Part shown: piece after piece, positions 1 to 8,087 of the stretch
How positions within the stretch are numbered: position 1 is the first letter of the stretch
How the letters are laid out: each line of letters opens with the position of its first letter
NCBI GenBank assembly: GCA_965215885.1
Contig: CBDCEW010000052.1
Span: 1-12,138, forward strand
Source of the DNA: Candidatus Moanibacter sp.
GTDB taxonomy: Bacteria > Verrucomicrobiota > Verrucomicrobiia > Opitutales > UBA2987
Direction: 5' to 3'
DNA: 12,138 nucleotides
The notes under the pieces: model-generated
Seen by the model: only the letters and a program-made list of their open reading frames with translations
The model's database searches: none
Told to the model about the DNA's origin: nothing
Made by a program: the position numbers and the translations under genes

Positions 1-182
1 TTGATTTCCTCTCTTGTTTCTTCTCCTTAGGTTAACGCAAATGCGCTCAGCGGGACCCGAACCTTGTCGACCCCACAGCTTTGAATATCAGCATGTTACA
101 CTCCAAACCGGGTTCAAGAAACTGAGTTTTGCAGATACATGCCTTTGGCTAAATATTGCCAATGGTTCGGATGGTCTTTCTT

Positions 183-210
183 ATCCGTGTCAATCCGTGA
201 AATCCGCGGT
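183..210. repeat. Triplet 9-10-bp periodic repeat ATCCGTG/ATCCGTG/ATCCGCG
   Basis: Units at 183, 193 and 202. Reverse-complement relatives CACGGATT (7746-7753) and ACCGCGGATT (7761-7770). Confidence 0.65.
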
Positions 211-290
211 CTCTCTTCTATTGAGTTTAACATCAATATCTTATGAGTATTCGTAAAGAAAAGATTGCTCAGAAAACAGGAATCTAAGGG

Positions 291-3200
291 ATGACGCAGC
301 TGAGTTTGATCCGTCAAAGTGTTCGCTTTTATTGGCGGACTCACCTTGGAGTCGTGGCGGGAGCGGCAATCGGCGCCATGGTACTGATTGGCGCTCTCAT
401 GGTGGGCGACTCGGTAAAGGCGACTCTCGTGTCTCTGGCCGAGTATCGTATTGGGAAAGTTGAAGTATCGCTGTACTCGCAGGATCGGTTTTTCCGCTCC
501 CGACTTGCCCGCGATCTCCAGTCGAAACTAGGGGGAACTGTAGCTCCCGTGCTGATGTTCAAAGGCAGCGTTTCGACTCCGGGAAGGGAGAAACGGATAA
601 ACCGGATTCAGGTTTTTGGTGTTGACGAGCGGTTCTGGCAACTCTCAGTGAGCGGCCGAGAGAGACCATTCAGCGAATCTGGGGTCATTCATTTGAACGA
701 GCATCTTGCGGCTCTCTTGGAAGCAGCAGGAGGGGACACCCTAATTCTTCGCCTCGAGAAACCCAGCGAACTAACCCGGGATGCACCCCTGTCGGGAGAG
801 CGACACGCTTTGGTTGCCATTCGAGGGAAGATTGACCGCATAATCGGCGACGAGGATTTTGGTCGATTCAGTATGCAGTCGTCGCAGCTTCCCCCGCTGA
901 ATCTCTATATATCGATGCGGGTGCTGCAGGAACGTCTGGCCCTTGAGGGCAAATCCAACCTTATCCTGGCCGGTGCGTCTGCGGAAGAGGCACTTACTCC
1001 CACCCGCGCTGACTCGGCGTTGGAAGAGATATGGCAATTGGAGGATGCAGGGTTGCATTTTCGCAAAGTGGATCAGGGACGGTTCTGGGAGATGCACTCA
1101 GACCGAATATTTCTTGAGGAACCGATAGTTGAAGTGGTGCGAAATATGGCGGCCAAGTCAGAGTCGAAGTCGCCGGATATCGGACAGATTGGCAGTCCCC
1201 AGGGTGTGTTCTCCTATTTCGTTAACGAAATACGAAATGGAGATCGCGCCACCCCCTATTCGATTGTCACTGCGGCCGATCCGGGGACAGGCGGAATTCT
1301 CCCGGTTGATATCACGATGGATGAGATCGTAATAAGTGAGTGGTTACAGGAGGATCTGGGCGCAACCGTGGGCGACAAAGTAATGTTGAAATACTTCGTC
1401 GTGGATGAGCAGCGAAATCTCAAGGAAGATACCCGGGAATTCGTAATCAGGGACATATTACCGATGAGCGGTAGCGCCATTCAATCCGATTGGATGCCGC
1501 GGTTTCCCGGACTGGCGGGTGTTGAAAATTGTCGGGATTGGGAACCTGGACTTCCGATTGATTTAGAGCGCATCCGAAAGAAAGACGAAGACTACTGGCA
1601 CCGGTATAGTGGCGCTCCCAAGGCTTTCATCTCTCTTGAGGCGGGTCAGGAGATGTGGTCAAATCGCTGGGGAAACCTTACCGGCTTGCGTTTTCTGAAA
1701 GAGTCTCTTTCGCGTGAAAAGCTCCGCCACGAGATTCGTAATCGACTGACGCCGTCCCGTCTCGGCCTATTCTTCGAACCACTGCGAGAAAGGTCCCTGG
1801 CCTCCACCCAATCTCCGATTGATTTCGGGCAGCTCTTTACCGGTTTCAGTTTTTTTCTTATCGCCGCCGCCGCCGCGCTCACCGGTCTCCTCTTCGTTTT
1901 TACTCTTGAGCAGCGGAGCCCTGAGGCGGGGATCTTGCTCGCCGTGGGCTGGCATCGACGGGAAGTTAGAAGACTGCTTCTCATAGAGGGGGCTGTTTTG
2001 GCTGTGATTGGAAGCGTCATCGGAGCTATTGCTGCTGCTGGTTACACCCGGTTAGTGCTCCACGCTCTATCCACGGTGTGGCGTGGAGCGGTCGGTTCCG
2101 TCGAGTTCCTCTTCCGGGTTTCACCTTTAACGGTGGGACTTGGTCTGTCGGCTAATATTATGATCGCACTTATAGCGATGTGGCTTGCGAGTCGAAGACA
2201 ATCGCGGTTCTCCGCGAGAGAGTTGCTTATTGCCGATGGAATATCGGTGCGGGGCGGTTTGAGAAATCCGAGGAATGCGGCAAAATTCAGTTTCTGGATG
2301 GGCCTCGTCTCTATTGGCGGGGTTCTGGGTCTTCTCGTTTTTGCGACAGAGTCGGCCTCGACTCGGGATCATTCAGCGGCCCTCTTCTTTGTCGCCGGTA
2401 CCCTCCTTCTGGGTGCGGGAATCGCTTTCTTGTATGATTGGCTAGCTCGTGCGTCGCAGATTCGCACACCTCTTTCAAGTCTCGCCGCGTTGGGCCGCAG
2501 AAATGTCTCGAGAAGAAGGGGACGCAGCCTCACCACAGCCGGTATTCTTGCGAGCGGCGTTTTCGTCGTAATTTCCGTTACTGTATTCCGCCAGGACTCC
2601 GCGGAGATAGAGAGTGACCGCACTTCGGGAACAGGGGGATTCGCCCTCCTTGCGGAGACAGCTTTACCGCTCTACGCTGACCTGAATACCGCGAGCGGGA
2701 GAGAAAGCCTCGCTTTGGACGATGGTATTCTGAAGGGTGTCTCCGTGGTTCCGATGCGGGTGCGCGATGGAGATGACGCCAGTTGTCTCAACTTGAATCG
2801 CGCCCTCCAGCCACGTTTACTTGGAGTTCGCGCCACGGAACTTGCTCAGCGTCAGGCTTTTCGTTTCTCGGGAGTGCTGAAGGATTCCGCTCTTTCGGAC
2901 GGTTGGAAACTGCTTGGGGCAAGACATGCAGATAGCGCTGTACCTGCCATTGCGGACGAAGCGACAGTGAGATGGGCTTTGAAAAAATCGATTGGTGACA
3001 CGCTGACTTATACTGATGAGAGGGGTGAGCCCTTTGATATTCGAATCGTGGGCACTGTGGCCGGTTCTGTTCTACAGGGGAGCCTCTTAGTATCTGAAGA
3101 TCACCTGAATCGGAACTTCCCTTCTATTGCCGGCTATCGTTACTTCCTAATTGACGCACCCTTACAGGAGGCGGAACACGTTGCCGGACACCTCACGAGA

Positions 3201-3653
3201 GCGCTCACCGACCAGGGAATTGAGGTTATTCCGGCGTGGAAGCGTCTGGCTGAATTTCAGAGGGTGCAGAATACCTATCTTTCGATCTTTCAGGTCCTCG
3301 GAGGACTGGGTCTGGTCCTCGGAACGGCCGGACTGGGAATCGTTGTGGCTCGCAATCTGGTTGAACGCCGGCGGGAATTCGGGTTGCTCCGTGCCCTCGG
3401 ATTCGACGAGCGGGCGATCCGATCGCTAGTGTTTCTCGAATACCGCTGGCTGATTGTATGGGGGCTCACCACCGGATTGTGTGCGGCCTTGGTAGCTGTT
3501 TGGCCGGAGTTTGCCAAGACCGGCTCCAATTTCCCGTTAGGGGGTTTCATGATGTTCCTTCTGGCACTATTCTTCGGATGCGTCTTTTGGGCCTGGATGG
3601 CAGCGCGCATTGCCCTCCCCGTTGGCGATTTCAACGCGCTCAGAAGCGAGTGA
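291..3653 (+). CDS. FtsX/MacB-like ABC transporter permease (tandem MacB periplasmic + FtsX halves), 1120 aa
   Basis: N-terminal TM (RTHLGVVAGAAIGAMVLIGALMVGDS), then a large soluble domain and TM cluster with FtsX motif EQRSPEAGILLAVGW. A second half starts RNVSRRRGRSLTTAGILASGVFVVISV and ends with NLVERRREFGLLRALGF plus TMs. No ATPase domain and no ATPase gene in the window. Confidence 0.92.
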   Translation: MTQLSLIRQSVRFYWRTHLGVVAGAAIGAMVLIGALMVGDSVKATLVSLAEYRIGKVEVSLYSQDRFFRSRLARDLQSKLGGTVAPVLMFKGSVSTPGREKRINRIQVFGVDERFWQLSVSGRERPFSESGVIHLNEHLAALLEAAGGDTLILRLEKPSELTRDAPLSGERHALVAIRGKIDRIIGDEDFGRFSMQSSQLPPLNLYISMRVLQERLALEGKSNLILAGASAEEALTPTRADSALEEIWQLEDAGLHFRKVDQGRFWEMHSDRIFLEEPIVEVVRNMAAKSESKSPDIGQIGSPQGVFSYFVNEIRNGDRATPYSIVTAADPGTGGILPVDITMDEIVISEWLQEDLGATVGDKVMLKYFVVDEQRNLKEDTREFVIRDILPMSGSAIQSDWMPRFPGLAGVENCRDWEPGLPIDLERIRKKDEDYWHRYSGAPKAFISLEAGQEMWSNRWGNLTGLRFLKESLSREKLRHEIRNRLTPSRLGLFFEPLRERSLASTQSPIDFGQLFTGFSFFLIAAAAALTGLLFVFTLEQRSPEAGILLAVGWHRREVRRLLLIEGAVLAVIGSVIGAIAAAGYTRLVLHALSTVWRGAVGSVEFLFRVSPLTVGLGLSANIMIALIAMWLASRRQSRFSARELLIADGISVRGGLRNPRNAAKFSFWMGLVSIGGVLGLLVFATESASTRDHSAALFFVAGTLLLGAGIAFLYDWLARASQIRTPLSSLAALGRRNVSRRRGRSLTTAGILASGVFVVISVTVFRQDSAEIESDRTSGTGGFALLAETALPLYADLNTASGRESLALDDGILKGVSVVPMRVRDGDDASCLNLNRALQPRLLGVRATELAQRQAFRFSGVLKDSALSDGWKLLGARHADSAVPAIADEATVRWALKKSIGDTLTYTDERGEPFDIRIVGTVAGSVLQGSLLVSEDHLNRNFPSIAGYRYFLIDAPLQEAEHVAGHLTRALTDQGIEVIPAWKRLAEFQRVQNTYLSIFQVLGGLGLVLGTAGLGIVVARNLVERRREFGLLRALGFDERAIRSLVFLEYRWLIVWGLTTGLCAALVAVWPEFAKTGSNFPLGGFMMFLLALFFGCVFWAWMAARIALPVGDFNALRSE

Positions 3654-3900
3654 ATATTACCGTCCTACTGTTAGTTAGACCCCATTCGAAAAGCCTTTCG
3701 AGCGGGCGGTTTAAGGTTCTCCGCCACGGGCGGACCAGCCTATGGCTGGCAGGTTTCGGGTTTTAGGCTGCCGGCGCTGCCGATGAGCAGGTATTGAGCG
3801 GCCATCGGCGTGGCTTGCTGCACAATACGTATATTTGCCGCTGTCTGGAGGCATACTCATCCCGTGGTGCTTTTTTCTCTGAGCTTCAAAGCGGTCAGAT

Positions 3901-5451
3901 TCAGGCTGCCTGTTCCAGTTCCTCCCCTCGGCGTTTCTTCATCAGTATGATGCGGCAGAAGTTGTAGGCCAGAACCTTCTCGAGCAGTTCATCGCCTACC
4001 GCATCGATGCCGCGGCGGCCGAGTTCGCCAAAGGCAAATCCATCTTTAATCGTGAACATCAGCGACTCCACTGCGGAGCGATCGCGGCGTGCCTCGCGAT
4101 ACGCCTCGCTCTCCCAGTCCTCGGGGGTGGTCAACTTCTTGCCCTTCGCCCCACTGATACTGATCTGCTTTACCCCCATGCTCAGCACCTCCTTGCGTCC
4201 CTTCGCCGAAGCATATCCGTCATCGGTGCTGACCAGTTCAGCAATGACACCGGTGCGCTTGATCGAATCGCCGATGGCCGGCGCCAGCTCAATGGAGTCT
4301 GCCGCGTTGCCTTGCGGTACGATCAGGCTGGTGACAAAACCGTTTTCGCTGCGAACCAGTTGTGGCTTGTACCCGATCACTGGATTGCGGCTGCCCTTCT
4401 TGATGTAGGCCGCCGATCCGTCCGAGAGGCTCAGGACCTTCTGTGTGGACGGTAGCTTCTTTTCGTGAAACACCCGATCATGAGCATACTCAACAACCCG
4501 CTTGGCGTCGGCAATATCACCCCTGATCTGGCTCAATGCCCGCTCCAGAAGCTCCCGGCGAGTGGGAGGCAGTGAATCCATCGACAGGCCCTCTTCAAGA
4601 TGGCTCAGTTCCCCCGTTAGTGAGTCGGCCGCCTTGCGGCCCCGCTTGAGCAACCGCCGGTAGTGTTTCTTCAGCTTGCCCTTCGACTTCGGTTTGCCCG
4701 CGGCCAGACAAATCTGAAACTCCAGCTTGTCCATTTCCTCCAGCCAACGCCCAACCCATCCCTTGCGAAAATCCTCCAGCCCGAAGACATGCAACTTCTG
4801 ACCCAAACGATTGGCCCGCATCAAAAGACCGCTCAGAATCTTCCCATCGGTGGGCCAGCAGCTGTTTGCTTTCACCGAGGTGCTGTCGATCGTCAGCTTC
4901 CCGAAATCGTCCCATTGCTCCTGGAGGATAAACCCAATCTGTTTATCAAAGATCAACTCGCGGGTCGTATGGCTGACCAGGTTCACGTTCTCCAGAATCG
5001 TCGTCACCGCCGGCATTCTCAGTCCCCCGCTCTGCAAAAATCCGTACAAGCTCATCGACTCGCGCACAAACCGCCGTGCCGGTTTCGTGGTCAACGAACC
5101 CAGAAACCCTCGAATCATCACGAACACGTATACCGCATAAGCCGGCATCCGCGGCCGGCCTGCCCCAAGATTCAATTCAGCAGCCAGAATATTCTCCTCC
5201 TCGATGTCCAGCTCCGGCAGCTCCGCTGTGCGCCCTTCAAAGAACCTTCGATCTTCCAATCGAAGTTTCTTCTTCTCACGCGCATGGGCGTCCAGATCCT
5301 TCTCGATCGCCTCGATGATTTGCGCCGCGAACCCGGCCAATTCTTCAACTTCATCCAGAAAATCACGGAAATCCGTGTCTGGAACCGGCAGAATGAGGTT
5401 GCTAAGGGGCGTCTTATCGCTTTTGTTCTCCTCTGTCGCACATGTTGGCAT
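3901..5451 (-). CDS. DDE transposase (IS5-like/ISNCY), 516 aa
   Basis: Candidate triad TIDSTS / STDDGY / RSAVESLMFTIK, with the R-x3-E-x6-K signature of IS4/IS5-type enzymes; also GRPRM and IGYKPQL motifs. Start moved to ATG 5451 (MPTCATEE) because AAGGAG lies 6 nt upstream. Confidence 0.92.
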   Translation of the reverse strand: MPTCATEENKSDKTPLSNLILPVPDTDFRDFLDEVEELAGFAAQIIEAIEKDLDAHAREKKKLRLEDRRFFEGRTAELPELDIEEENILAAELNLGAGRPRMPAYAVYVFVMIRGFLGSLTTKPARRFVRESMSLYGFLQSGGLRMPAVTTILENVNLVSHTTRELIFDKQIGFILQEQWDDFGKLTIDSTSVKANSCWPTDGKILSGLLMRANRLGQKLHVFGLEDFRKGWVGRWLEEMDKLEFQICLAAGKPKSKGKLKKHYRRLLKRGRKAADSLTGELSHLEEGLSMDSLPPTRRELLERALSQIRGDIADAKRVVEYAHDRVFHEKKLPSTQKVLSLSDGSAAYIKKGSRNPVIGYKPQLVRSENGFVTSLIVPQGNAADSIELAPAIGDSIKRTGVIAELVSTDDGYASAKGRKEVLSMGVKQISISGAKGKKLTTPEDWESEAYREARRDRSAVESLMFTIKDGFAFGELGRRGIDAVGDELLEKVLAYNFCRIILMKKRRGEELEQAA

Positions 5452-5483
5452 GTTTAACTCCTTTCTTAATCTTAGGTTGTTAA

Positions 5484-5513
5484 ACACTAGCATGTTGCGA
5501 CACTTTTTATCAA
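5484..5513 (-). promoter_or_regulatory. Putative sigma70 promoter of the transposase (TTGATA-18-TAGTGT, extended TG)
   Basis: TTGATA at 5513-5508 and TGcTAGTGT with the -10 at 5489-5484, in an AT-rich IS end. Identical in copy 2 (11918-11947). Motif match only. Confidence 0.5.
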
Positions 5514-5633
5514 GCCAAAAAATGATTTTTCTCAAGTTTTTCTTGCGCCTTTTGCACCTCTTTGCGGCCAATCAGTAGCTTTTCGGATAAGGTCTAGTTA
5601 AACCTTCCACTCTCGACCAGGAATAATCCAGCC

Positions 5634-6419
5634 ATGAAAGTAGACCTTACCGACAAAGTCGCATTTGTGACCGGCGCAGGAAAGGGAATAGGACGCGCCA
5701 TCGCAGATATCCTTTCTGCGAATGGCGCTTGTGTCGCCTATACGGATATTGACGAGGAACTGTTAAAAGAGAATCCCCCGAAGGGAGATGCGCATAGCAT
5801 TTACAGATTGGATGTTCGTAATGACGATCATATAGAGGAGACCATTACAAGCGTCGTAAAAAAACAGGGCCGCATCGATATCCTGGTTAATAATGCTGGT
5901 GGTGGCGACCCCCATAGCCGGGTGACGGGCGACCGCATGTCCGTTCATTCATGGGCGATGGCTGTCGACATGAATTTGAACAGTCCGTTTAAAATATGTA
6001 AGAAGGTTCTCACCGACACAATGATACCGCGGAAGTCAGGACGGATCGTCAACATAGCTTCTATCGCGGGCATAGTGCCATTGCAGTTGCAGTGCGCCTA
6101 TGATGCCTCCAAAGCCGGACTCATTCAATTAACTAAGGCTTTGGCGGTCGAAATGGGAGAACATGGAATAACCGTTAATGCAGTGGCGCCCGGCTCAACT
6201 CTCACCGACGGGACCCGTAAGATATTTTATAGCGAGGACGGCAGCTTTGCTGATCACGCTCAACGTCACCTGGATCATATCCCCTTGGGTCGGCCGGCCC
6301 AGCCCGAAGAGATTGCCCATGCCGTACTTTTCTTAGTGGCTCCCGAAAGCGCTTATATTACGGGTCAGGTGTTGGCCGTTGACGGCGGTTGGACCTCGGG
6401 CTATATACGTGATTTTTGA
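5634..6419 (+). CDS. Classical short-chain dehydrogenase/reductase (FabG-like SDR), 261 aa
   Basis: TGAGKGIG Rossmann motif, NNAG, catalytic S (NIASIAG) and YDASK (YxxxK), VNAVAPG, ITGQVLAVDGG. Asp after beta-2 (YTDID) suggests NAD(H). AGGA upstream. Confidence 0.95.
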   Translation: MKVDLTDKVAFVTGAGKGIGRAIADILSANGACVAYTDIDEELLKENPPKGDAHSIYRLDVRNDDHIEETITSVVKKQGRIDILVNNAGGGDPHSRVTGDRMSVHSWAMAVDMNLNSPFKICKKVLTDTMIPRKSGRIVNIASIAGIVPLQLQCAYDASKAGLIQLTKALAVEMGEHGITVNAVAPGSTLTDGTRKIFYSEDGSFADHAQRHLDHIPLGRPAQPEEIAHAVLFLVAPESAYITGQVLAVDGGWTSGYIRDF

Positions 6420-6423
6420 TGTC

Positions 6424-6658
6424 TCGTAAGCTTCGTCGCAAACTTCGTCGTATCAACTTCGAATCGAAATGCTACCACCAAGATTGCCTTCTAAGCTCTT
6501 TGTCGTGAGCATTGTCGTAAGCTTCGTCGCAGTATTACGTAGTTCCCTGGGAAAAGCGCGGGTCTTCGATTATAAACTTTCTACAATACTTACGACAAAG
6601 TTGACAACGAAGGATCAGGAGATCGACTAGATTGATTTCGACAAAGCTGACGACGAAG
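6424..6658. repeat. 12-bp periodic repeat arrays in inverted arrangement (unit approx. RCTTYGTCGYAA)
   Basis: TCGTAAGCTTCGTCGCA is exact at 6424-6440 and 6515-6531. 6498-6517 pairs with 6581-6600 (17/20). Further reverse units at 6601-6612 and 6637-6658. Confidence 0.85.
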
Positions 6659-6764
6659 ATTCTCCTCTCCAGAAACCTGAAATCCGACACCCTAATGCCA
6701 TTAGTTTGTGTTAACTTCTCATCAGGGCTGGACAGTTGCGATATAGATCAAAACCGGAAATAGA

Positions 6765-7199
6765 ATGACTAAAATTGTAGAATTTAAGGACGCTAAAGAG
6801 GATAAGGATTATGTGCCGAAAATACCGAAACCGGATCATCCCGTTTTCCCGAAGATCGTATCGGCAAAGGATGGTAGACCGGTAAAGTATAAAAATTGTC
6901 AGGGTGTTGGAGTGCGAATTGTTCACCCTTCAAATCCGAAAGCACCTTCTGAGAATTTTGGATTAGTTTTGTTTTGTCTGCCACCACATGCTACACTGCT
7001 GCCGCCCGGTTCACACGAAACCGAAGAGACTTATGTGATCTTAAGAGGCGAGGGGACGATGACCTTCGCGGAAGGCAAACAGGAGCAGGTAGGTGCAGGT
7101 GATTATGTTTATTTGCCGCCCTGGTGTGAGCACGGCGTCGAGAATACCGGGGATGTTACCCTGGAAATTCTAATCTGCACCTCTCCCCCCAATCCTTGA
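6765..7199 (+). CDS. Cupin domain protein (Cupin_2-like), 144 aa
   Basis: Cupin motif 1 PPGSHETEETYVILRGEG and motif 2 GDYVYLPPWCEHGVENTG. Confidence 0.9.
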   Translation: MTKIVEFKDAKEDKDYVPKIPKPDHPVFPKIVSAKDGRPVKYKNCQGVGVRIVHPSNPKAPSENFGLVLFCLPPHATLLPPGSHETEETYVILRGEGTMTFAEGKQEQVGAGDYVYLPPWCEHGVENTGDVTLEILICTSPPNP

Positions 7200-7226
7200 A
7201 CTTGATCATTCCCTAATCTGAAACTT

Positions 7227-7244
7227 CTCTGCCGTAGGGCAGAG
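7227..7244 (+). terminator. GC-rich hairpin after the cupin stop; possible terminator or REP-like unit
   Basis: CTCTGCC-GTAG-GGCAGAG, a perfect 7-bp stem 28 nt after the stop. No U-tract. Confidence 0.3.
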
Positions 7245-7323
7245 CGGGTCTCCGGGCGGGTGGCTAACGTAATTTTAACACGGAAATTGACGATCCACGA
7301 ATTGCTGTTTGGCAGATCATTAA

Positions 7324-7383
7324 TCGTTCTCGTAATCGTCCTCGTTCTCGAAATTTTTCGCTCAAGGACGATTACGAGAACGA
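7324..7383. repeat. Perfect 19-bp inverted repeat built from 6-bp periodic units (TCGTNN)
   Basis: TCGTTCTCGTAATCGTCCT (7324-7342) pairs with AGGACGATTACGAGAACGA (7365-7383) across a 22-nt loop. Confidence 0.9.
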
Positions 7384-7454
7384 GTGCGAGATGGAGGGTT
7401 CTGAGGTAGAGCCGTTCGACCAGCTCACGGTTTTCAACGGGGTGCAAGACCGCC

Positions 7455-7539
7455 GTAGTTCGGTGCTTTAGGCCGAACATTGACCGTACACAGGCTTTCG
7501 CAAGGCCATTGAGTTACGCGGGCTAAAGCACCGCGCTAC
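7455..7539. repeat. GTAG-family REP doublet (REPIN-like)
   Basis: GTAGTTCGGTGCTTTAGGCCG (7455-7475) versus the reverse complement of 7519-7539, GTAGCGCGGTGCTTTAGCCCG, 18/21. Each is GTAG followed by an internal palindrome. Confidence 0.8.
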
Positions 7540-7616
7540 TGTCCAAAGGGACTTCGATCTAACGCAGCAATGCCGCAACCAAACTGGTAGGTCCTTCTGA
7601 GGAGAAGAGAATTGAA

Positions 7617-7812
7617 TCCCGGCGAGCCGGGAGAAACGGAGAAGAAGAGGAGAGAAATCTCACGCAACGGTCTTCGACCCGCAAGCGGCACTACGCCCTG
7701 TCGAGAAGCCGCAAAGATACAAAGGGGGGAGAGGAAGAGTAGGCCCACGGATTCGAGAACACCGCGGATTGATTCAATGTCCAATCCTTCTGGTCCTCCC
7801 GGTAAGCCGGGA
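7617..7812. repeat. Pair of related mini-palindromes TCCCGGCGAGCCGGGA / TCCCGGTAAGCCGGGA
   Basis: At 7617-7632 and 7797-7812. Complementarity extends loosely inward (GAAACGGAGAAG vs CTTCTGGTCC). Confidence 0.7.
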
Positions 7813-7867
7813 CCGAGAGGACGGGGAAACCTGAGTAAGATGCCGACATTATTCCCGATGTGTGTTG

Positions 7868-8087
7868 CGTCCCGCTCAGCGGGATCGGGACAAGGTTTGC
7901 GACGAGGTTTGCTACGTTAAACCTTGAGTCGGCCTGCGGTGATTCCGCTGAGCGGGACGAACCCGTTAACTGTCAGGATATTCTTGATCGGATTGCGAAG
8001 AAAACTCCTACATCGCTAGTAACCTTGCCTGCCTCGGCAAAGCGGAGTGACGACGGGTCGCGAACCTTACTCACGAACCTTGTCGAA
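7868..8087. repeat. Interleaved repeats: 19-bp inverted pair of mini-palindromes plus inverted 12-bp periodic arrays
   Basis: CGTCCCGCTCAGCGGGATC (7868-7886) vs GATTCCGCTGAGCGGGACG (7941-7959), 18/19 inverted. GACAAGGTTTGC GACGAGGTTTGC (7889-7912) vs GCGAACCTTACTCACGAACCTTGTC (8060-8084). Confidence 0.8.

Larger units (their letters stand above)
3678..5594 (-). mobile_element. Complete insertion sequence, 1917 bp, DDE type (IS5-like/ISNCY), copy 1
   Basis: Read inward, the ends are GACCCCATTCGAAAAGC (3678-3694) and GACCTTATCCGAAAAGC (5594-5578), a 14/17 match. TAGTTA flanks both sides (3672-3677, 5595-5600). Single transposase ORF; second copy at 11837. The boundary could be 1-2 bp further out, which would give a 4- or 2-bp duplication. 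Confidence 0.93.

Noticed and set aside
14..344. Short ORFs 14-256 and 114-344
   Set aside because: No motifs; they overlap repeats and the permease start.
3695..3900. Guide or bridge-type ncRNA in the IS tail explaining target choice
   Set aside because: The enzyme is DDE, not an IS110 or TnpB type, and I saw no TAGTTA/TAACTA match in the tail.
5452..5571. 40-aa N-terminal extension of the transposase
   Set aside because: It runs through the IS promoter and subterminal repeats from a TTG with no RBS. ATG 5451 has AAGGAG.
6424..6658. Possible CRISPR array
   Set aside because: The units are 12-bp, degenerate and inverted, with no regular unique spacers and no cas genes.
7109..7920. Short ORFs 7109-7480, 7536-7784 and 7612-7920
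   Set aside because: They are translations of repeat DNA (e.g. LVLVIVLE, RTRTITRT) with no domain signal.
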